Below are positions 58,065 through 64,000 of a stretch of 64,000 bases of DNA, piece after piece (position 1 is the stretch's first letter; each line of letters begins with the position of its first letter). Position numbers and translations under genes: made by a program. The notes under the pieces were generated by a model. The model did no database searches. It saw only the letters and a program-made list of their open reading frames with translations, and was not told the DNA's origin. Origin of the DNA: Candidatus Adlerbacteria bacterium (GTDB lineage: Bacteria > Patescibacteriota > Minisyncoccia > Phycocordibacterales > SBAW01); assembly GCA_903851045.1 (NCBI GenBank), contig CAINNF010000008.1:299-64298 (forward strand), given 5' to 3'.

Positions 58065-58550
58065 ATGAGCGAACCGCGGTTAGCTCCGATCGTTGGGGCA
58101 CTACCGAGCGTCCGTGATGTCGGTTTGCGGCCACTGCCTCCCGATGACCCAGCCAGTCCGAAAGGGCGCAACACCTGGAACTGGCCCTTCCCGGCCAACC
58201 CCATACCGGGACAGACCATGATTGCTCGTCGCTTCACAGGCGATGCGGTGGGCGGTCACTTCCACGTACGCCGCACCCAAGACGCGCTGCACAACAAGGA
58301 TCCCGAATATCTGCTACTCATAACAGGCAGAGCCCATTTTTGGTTCCAAGATACGTCCGGCGAAGAGGTCGAGATGGTTTTGGACGCCACGATGGGGCCG
58401 CAGGAGGTGCGCATACCGCCGTACATCCTGCACATAGTGACGGTCTTGAGCGACATGATCATATTCATCGAACAACAACCGGCCGCATATGACCCGAAGA
58501 TGACCTATAACGCGGACGAGTTCGAACTACTTGTCGCGTCGCTCAAGTAA
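58065..58550 (+). CDS. Cupin-fold protein (sugar isomerase/epimerase-like)
   Basis: GGHFH, E.LLLITG and IPPYILH. TTGACA-16-TACTGT promoter (57999-58026) and SD AAGGAG. Confidence 0.7.
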   Translation: MSEPRLAPIVGALPSVRDVGLRPLPPDDPASPKGRNTWNWPFPANPIPGQTMIARRFTGDAVGGHFHVRRTQDALHNKDPEYLLLITGRAHFWFQDTSGEEVEMVLDATMGPQEVRIPPYILHIVTVLSDMIIFIEQQPAAYDPKMTYNADEFELLVASLK

Positions 58551-58570
58551 CGGTAACGACAACAGTGTGC

Positions 58571-58601
58571 GAGGCGCGACCGATCGGTCGCGCCTCTTTT
58601 T
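58571..58601 (+). terminator. Intrinsic terminator
   Basis: GAGGCGCGACCG / CGGTCGCGCCTC followed by TTTTT. Confidence 0.75.
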
Positions 58602-58650
58602 ATATGGCTTGTTCATTTGCACCCGTGGTCGTTTTCCTTATACTGGACCC

Positions 58651-59832
58651 ATGACATGCCGCATCTGTGCTAAGGAGACATTAGTCGAGTTCATCGATCT
58701 AGGGCAACAGCCGCTCGCGAACAAATATCCGAAACCAGAAGAGTTCGCAACGGAGGATTTTTTCCCGCTCAAGGTGTTCTTTTGTACCTCGTGTAAGGCG
58801 GTGCAGCTCGGTACGGTCGTGTCGCGCGAACGCATGTTCGTCGACTACTACTACCTCTCATCGGTCAACCCAGGGTTGGTGCGACACTTCGAGGAGTTCG
58901 CCCGGTCGCTCGCATCCGCGAAGTTCGTGGTCGACGTCGGCTCCAATGACGGTATACTGCTGCGGCCGCTCAAGGCGCTCGGAGTCAAAGCGATCGGTAT
59001 CGAACCCTCCATCAACGTCTCGAAGATCGCGAACGACCAGGGTCTCACCACCATGACCGCGTTCCTCAACGACGAGTCCGCTGCGGCGCTGGTCGCACAG
59101 CATGGTAAGGCCGATGTCGTGGTGACCTCGAGCGTCTTCACACACCTGGAAGATCCACACCAGTTCATCGAAGCGACGAAGAAGGTCATGACCGATGACG
59201 GTTCGTTCATCATCGAGGTCGAATATATCGGGAACATGCTGAAGAACGTGCAGTTCGAACGGTTCTACTTCGACCGCGTGTTCTACTACTCGGTGACCTC
59301 GCTACGCGACCTCTTCGCCGCCCACGGTATGTACGTCTCCGACGTCGAGCATATCGAACAGCACGGCGGGTCCATCCGTGTCACCACGCATCTGGTGGGT
59401 CACGGACCCGAGCCGTCGGCACGCTTCGCCGCATATATCGAAGAGGAGCGCACGACCATGGACCAGCCATCGCTCGAACACTTCGCGAAGCTCTCCAACG
59501 AGTATGTCGCCGCGTTCAAGCACAAACTCATCGAATACAAAGAAGCGGGGCTTCGCGTGGCAGGCTACGGTGCCCCGGCGCGCGTCGCCACCATCTGCAA
59601 CTTCGGCGACATCGGCCCGTCGCTTATCGAGTTCATCATCGACGACAGTCCGCTCAAGCAGCACCGCTGCAGCCCTGGGACGCACATACCGATCGAACCG
59701 AACACCCACCTTGCCGACCACCGGCCGGACGTACTGGTCGTGTTCGCCTACGAATACTTCGATGACATCAAAAAGAAGGTCCAGGGCAACTACCGGTTCC
59801 TGATCCCGATCCCCCCTCGAGAAGTGGCGTGA
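58651..59832 (+). CDS. NDP-hexose C-methyltransferase family protein
   Basis: CRIC...CTSC zinc site, DVGSNDG, HGGSIR, GYGAPA and PGTHIPI. Confidence 0.9.
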   Translation: MTCRICAKETLVEFIDLGQQPLANKYPKPEEFATEDFFPLKVFFCTSCKAVQLGTVVSRERMFVDYYYLSSVNPGLVRHFEEFARSLASAKFVVDVGSNDGILLRPLKALGVKAIGIEPSINVSKIANDQGLTTMTAFLNDESAAALVAQHGKADVVVTSSVFTHLEDPHQFIEATKKVMTDDGSFIIEVEYIGNMLKNVQFERFYFDRVFYYSVTSLRDLFAAHGMYVSDVEHIEQHGGSIRVTTHLVGHGPEPSARFAAYIEEERTTMDQPSLEHFAKLSNEYVAAFKHKLIEYKEAGLRVAGYGAPARVATICNFGDIGPSLIEFIIDDSPLKQHRCSPGTHIPIEPNTHLADHRPDVLVVFAYEYFDDIKKKVQGNYRFLIPIPPREVA

Positions 59833-59884
59833 CCAGCCGCCCGCAATCTGGCATCTTTCCTCCACTATGGTATAGTGGCCCGCG

Positions 59885-60973
59885 ATGCAAGAAGCAATCG
59901 TATGGGAGGACATAGCGACCATCGGCAAGAATCTCGGAGCCGAAGCGCACAAGCTCGAAGGTAAGACCGTTCTTATCAGTGGCGGTTCAGGGTTTCTTGG
60001 TAAATACCTCATCGGAGCACTGTGCTACCTTAACGACACGACGCTCGCGAAGCCGTGCCGTATCATATCCGTCGACAATTTCATCACCGGACAGCCACAC
60101 CCGGATTTTAATTTTAGATTGCGCGACGACGTCCTCGAGGTGTGGGGTGACGTCTCCCAGCCCCTCCCCGTCCGTGAGGATATCCATTACATCATCCACG
60201 CCGCCGGACTCGCCTCACCGGTGTATTACAAAAAGTATCCACTGGAAACCATCGAAAGTGCCGTCACTGGCGTGAAGAACCTCCTCGAACTCGCCCGCAA
60301 GAACAAAGGGCTGGAAGGATTCCTGTTCTTCAGCTCAAGCGAGATCTACGGCGACCCCGACGAGAAGGCGGTACCGACACCCGAGACCTACCACGGCTAC
60401 GTCTCTTCGGTCGGGCCGCGAGCATGCTACGACGAATCCAAGCGCCTGGGAGAGACGATCTCGACGATCTACAACGAACAATTCGGCATACCCGTCACCA
60501 TCGTGCGTCCGTTCAACGTCTTTGGCCCGGGCATGGGTCACGCCGACCGACGCGTGCTCCCCATGTTCGCGTACAAAGCGCTCAACAAGCAGCCGATACC
60601 CGTGCACGGCGACGGACACCAGACGCGCACGTTCTGCTATATCACCGATGCTGCCACCGGCTTTTTGAAGGTCCTCCTCATGGGCACACCCGGCGAGGCG
60701 TACAATATCGGAAGCGCGGACAACGAGATATCGATGCGCAACCTTGCGAAACTGTTCGTCGAGATCGAGGGGAACGGTGCATCGTACCAGATGATACCCT
60801 ACCCGACCAACTACCCTGCCGGTGAGCCACAACGACGTTGCCCAGACATCTCGAAAGCGAAACGAGAACTGAACTTCATACCAAAAGTAGACCTCAAGAG
60901 CGGGCTGTCTCGGTTCATCGACTGGTGCAGGACCGACCCGCGCTACTCCGAAGGAGCCTCGCAGGACGCCTAG
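59885..60973 (+). CDS. NAD-dependent epimerase/dehydratase, UDP-glucuronate decarboxylase-like
   Basis: GGSGFLG, ASPVYY, SSSEIYGDP, GPRACYDESKR, QTRTFCY and RRCPDI. Confidence 0.9.
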   Translation: MQEAIVWEDIATIGKNLGAEAHKLEGKTVLISGGSGFLGKYLIGALCYLNDTTLAKPCRIISVDNFITGQPHPDFNFRLRDDVLEVWGDVSQPLPVREDIHYIIHAAGLASPVYYKKYPLETIESAVTGVKNLLELARKNKGLEGFLFFSSSEIYGDPDEKAVPTPETYHGYVSSVGPRACYDESKRLGETISTIYNEQFGIPVTIVRPFNVFGPGMGHADRRVLPMFAYKALNKQPIPVHGDGHQTRTFCYITDAATGFLKVLLMGTPGEAYNIGSADNEISMRNLAKLFVEIEGNGASYQMIPYPTNYPAGEPQRRCPDISKAKRELNFIPKVDLKSGLSRFIDWCRTDPRYSEGASQDA

Positions 60974-62052
60974 CTACGCAGTGTGCGTTTGCGCAACTCG
61001 CGGATGATGTTCTGCATGAGCGCGTCCACTCGGAAATACCGCACGAACGCATCGCGTGCGTTCTGTTGCATCTCTTGAAACTTCGCGTCGGTGAGTCCCG
61101 CATGGAACTGCGCGACGATCTCCGGCAGACGGTGCATGTCACGAAAGTCGACGACGAGACTGAACGTGGAGTAGTCCAACGTGTCGCTGAACGGCAGGCA
61201 CCGCTCCGTATCGATGATCAGTGGGATGCGCCCAAGCGACGCGATCTCGAACAGGCGCGTCGAGGCATTCGGGTCGCCACGTGCATCGAGCCCGTAGTCG
61301 CTACTGAGCAGATTGTCGACGAGTTCTTGTTGCAGCTCCTTCGGGGGCTTCTCTGCGGTATGTGTGTGGGCAGAGTACGATGACCGCACGTTGAAGTGCG
61401 TCTCGACGAGCGGTGAGCGACGCAGGATGGCTACCGCCTCGCGCCGAAAGAAGATACCTTTCTTCATCGATCGGTATCGAGTGTCGAAGATCCCTCGTAA
61501 ACGCGCCGGGAGCTCTTTGACTATAGAGCGAACCTCTTGCTTGAGGGTCATGGACGCCCACCCGGAGAACGCGACGATCGGCCGCTCCGACTTCGCGCGC
61601 AGCGAAAGCTTCCCATCGCAAAAGACCTCCAGTAGGTCGTCCGCATACGGCGGGAGATGGATATCGTGTTCGTGCGGCAAGAACCGATACCCGGCCCAGC
61701 GCAGGACGAACGTGTTCGGCAGGTCGATCGGCACCTCGACGTCGCTCATAGCGTCGACGAGAAGTGGGATGTGGGCGCGCTGCGCCACCTCATGACACGT
61801 CTGGAGCAGCTCGGGGAAACAACGCCGTACGACGTTATGCGAGTACGGCATCAGTACCGCATCGGCCTTCGCCAGCACGTCGGTGATCGCGTAGACCGAG
61901 GTGTCGAACGAGTGCCGCTCGAACAAAGCATGCTGCAGTGGCGTGCGCGACGGGTCGAGCGTGTTGCCCCAAAACGGGTATAGGAGCGCCGTATGTTGCC
62001 CTTCTCGGCGCCATGCGGGGTCGACATAGAACGTCATGAAATCGTTGTGCAT
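60970..62052 (-). CDS. Exostosin-family (GT47-like) protein
   Basis: SDYGLDARGDPNASTRLFEIASLGRIPLIID...LPF. Start at ATG 62052. Confidence 0.82.
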   Translation of the reverse strand: MHNDFMTFYVDPAWRREGQHTALLYPFWGNTLDPSRTPLQHALFERHSFDTSVYAITDVLAKADAVLMPYSHNVVRRCFPELLQTCHEVAQRAHIPLLVDAMSDVEVPIDLPNTFVLRWAGYRFLPHEHDIHLPPYADDLLEVFCDGKLSLRAKSERPIVAFSGWASMTLKQEVRSIVKELPARLRGIFDTRYRSMKKGIFFRREAVAILRRSPLVETHFNVRSSYSAHTHTAEKPPKELQQELVDNLLSSDYGLDARGDPNASTRLFEIASLGRIPLIIDTERCLPFSDTLDYSTFSLVVDFRDMHRLPEIVAQFHAGLTDAKFQEMQQNARDAFVRYFRVDALMQNIIRELRKRTLRS

Positions 62053-62127
62053 CCGCCCATTGTACCCCAAAAGCTGCGCTAGACCATTGCGTCCCTCTTG
62101 AGCCGGCATGGTAGAATGGTCGAGATC

Positions 62128-63243
62128 ATGGCAACTGAGCCTCACGACCGATTACTGTTCTACGTCGACCCTGCGTGGCAGAAACTGCCCGGCCCATACT
62201 CGTTGCTGCTGTATCCGTTCTGGGGTGACCAGTCGAGCGCTTCGAGTCCTTTTCGAAAGATGGCGCTCGAGTCGTATCCACTCGACATGATGCAGTACGG
62301 TATCACCGCCGACCTCGACGCGGCTGACGCCGTGCTCATGCCGTTCTCTGACGAGATCGCAGCACGATACCACCCGACGCTTCTCGCCGAATGCCAGGAG
62401 CTATCACGCACCTCGGGTCTCCATCTGGTCATCGACGGCATGGGGCATCTCGAAACCCCCTTCCGACTCCCGAACGCGAGCATCATACGATACGGTGGAT
62501 ACCGATTCGAGACCGGTCCATCCGAGATCCATGTCACCCCGTTCGCCGATGACCTGCTCGAACGCTACAAGGGCGGCACGCTCACCGTGCGCCCCAAACA
62601 GGACCGTCCGAGCATCAGCTTCGTCGGGTGGGCGCATCTCACACCGAGCCTGCGCGCGAAGAGCATCATCAAGGAACTGCCCGACCGTCTGCACGGCTTC
62701 ATCGACAGCCGCTATCGAACCAAGAAGAAAGGACTCTTCTTTCGAGAACGAGCACTGCGAGCGCTCAACGCGTCGCCACTGGTCGACGCGAAGACCATCG
62801 CGCGGCCTACCTATTCGGGAAGCATCAAGACCGTCGTTGGCGACATAGAGACCGCGCGTCGTGAGTTCGTCGATACGATGTTCGACTGCGACTACGGCCT
62901 CGAAGTACGCGGCAATTCGAACGTCTCGACCCGACTGTCCGAGATCACCGGACTTGGACGCATACCGGTGATCATCGATACGCAGCGGAATCTCCCCTTT
63001 GGGGACGAACTCGACTACTGCGACTTCAGCCTCGTTGTCGACTTCCGTACACTCGACAAACTGCCACGCATCCTGCACGACTTCCACGCAAACCTATCCG
63101 ACGCGCAATTCGCACAAATGCAACGCAACGCGCGCGACGCATACGTGTCGCACATGCGCCCGGACGCGGTCATGTCCTACGTCGTCCGCCGCATCCGTCA
63201 GAACATGGACCGTCTGGGGAGCACTCGTCGAATAGCACGCTAG
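62128..63243 (+). CDS. Exostosin-family (GT47-like) protein, paralog of the previous gene
   Basis: CDYGLEVRGNSNVSTRLSEITGLGRIPVIID...LPF, colinear with 60970-62052. Confidence 0.82.
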   Translation: MATEPHDRLLFYVDPAWQKLPGPYSLLLYPFWGDQSSASSPFRKMALESYPLDMMQYGITADLDAADAVLMPFSDEIAARYHPTLLAECQELSRTSGLHLVIDGMGHLETPFRLPNASIIRYGGYRFETGPSEIHVTPFADDLLERYKGGTLTVRPKQDRPSISFVGWAHLTPSLRAKSIIKELPDRLHGFIDSRYRTKKKGLFFRERALRALNASPLVDAKTIARPTYSGSIKTVVGDIETARREFVDTMFDCDYGLEVRGNSNVSTRLSEITGLGRIPVIIDTQRNLPFGDELDYCDFSLVVDFRTLDKLPRILHDFHANLSDAQFAQMQRNARDAYVSHMRPDAVMSYVVRRIRQNMDRLGSTRRIAR

Positions 63244-63276
63244 ACAACCAACTTCACCCTGTGATAGCTTGAATGC

Positions 63277-63951
63277 ATGTCTATGATTAAAGATCTCGTC
63301 AAAACAAAAATTAAACATCTACTCGGCAAAGGTTCGTACCGCGCGTTCGGTCAGAACGGCGAGGATGCGATGATACACGCGCTCCTGCGCGGTATCGACA
63401 AAGGCACCTACGTCGATGTCGGCGCATACAACCCCATCCTCTATTCCAACACCTACGGCTTGTACCGCGAGGGTTGGAGCGGTATCACGATCGACCCGAA
63501 CCCGGCGGTCCAGCCACTGCATCGTATCCTGCGACCACGCGACACGTTCGTGCTCGGAGGTGTGTCGAACGTCGAGAAGGAGTGCGACTACTATCGATTT
63601 ACGGATGGCGCATACAACACCTTCGACCCGGAGGTCGCCGAGGACCTAAAGACGAAACGATACCCGCGCTTCATCAGAAAGGAGACCTCGCACCTTTATC
63701 CCCTGCACTCTATCCTCAAGAAGAACAACATCACCAAGGTCGATTTTCTCGACGTGGATGTCGAGGGTCTCGACGTGGAAGTGTTGGAGTCATTCGACTG
63801 GAACCTGGCACCACGCGTGGTCGCTATCGAGAGTCGTTCGTTCAAGCCGGAGACCATGACCGCCGACCCAGCATACGTGTTCCTACGCAATCACGGCTAC
63901 GTACTCGCGGGCTTTCTCAAATACACCCTTGTGTTCGTACACCAAGGCTAA
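63277..63951 (+). CDS. FkbM methyltransferase
   Basis: GQNGED, YVDVGA..P...SNT and DVDVEG. Confidence 0.9.
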   Translation: MSMIKDLVKTKIKHLLGKGSYRAFGQNGEDAMIHALLRGIDKGTYVDVGAYNPILYSNTYGLYREGWSGITIDPNPAVQPLHRILRPRDTFVLGGVSNVEKECDYYRFTDGAYNTFDPEVAEDLKTKRYPRFIRKETSHLYPLHSILKKNNITKVDFLDVDVEGLDVEVLESFDWNLAPRVVAIESRSFKPETMTADPAYVFLRNHGYVLAGFLKYTLVFVHQG

Positions 63952-63954
63952 CGC

Positions 63955-64000
63955 TTAGTTCGTCTTGAACAGGAAGAACCGATGACCCGGGTCATCGGCG
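63955..64000 (-). CDS. 3' end of a CDS entering from the right edge
   Basis: ...ADDPGHRFFLFKTN* converging on the FkbM gene. Confidence 0.4.
   Translation of the reverse strand, partial: ADDPGHRFFLFKTN

Noticed and set aside
1-64000. Genetic code 25 (TGA = Gly)
   Set aside because: TGA ends full-length genes cleanly (e.g. 15412, 59832), and conserved genes are uninterrupted in code 11.

Overview
This bacterial window uses standard code 11. It is probably from a Patescibacteria/CPR (Parcubacteria-like) genome, inferred from gene content, protein style and many leaderless starts rather than from a database search. From left to right it contains: (i) the 5' end of an HTH-led gene running off the left edge; (ii) a five-gene module (receiver, 7TM histidine kinase, nitroreductase, PaaK-like ligase, Rv1355c-type ThiF) that looks like a small-molecule signal synthase plus receptor, bracketed by proB and DUF925 remnants; (iii) secA, a 16-aa Lys/Ala peptide gene and murB; (iv) a ~53 kb surface-glycan region with an O-antigen-ligase/TPR protein, heptose enzymes, nonulosonate enzymes, a flippase, many glycosyl- and methyltransferases, a Zn-ADH::E1-alpha fusion and a divergent exostosin pair. 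A ~9.3 kb integrase-free island interrupts the glycan region. It carries a frameshifted Sec-signal SpvB/FG-GAP/RHS toxin and a candidate immunity gene, lies between 256-bp direct repeats of a gene 3' end, and has a 22-bp inverted-repeat element at one boundary. One FkbM methyltransferase appears switched off by a G9 tract. No rRNA, tRNA, CRISPR array, integrase or reverse transcriptase was recognised. All calls come from reading motifs by eye.
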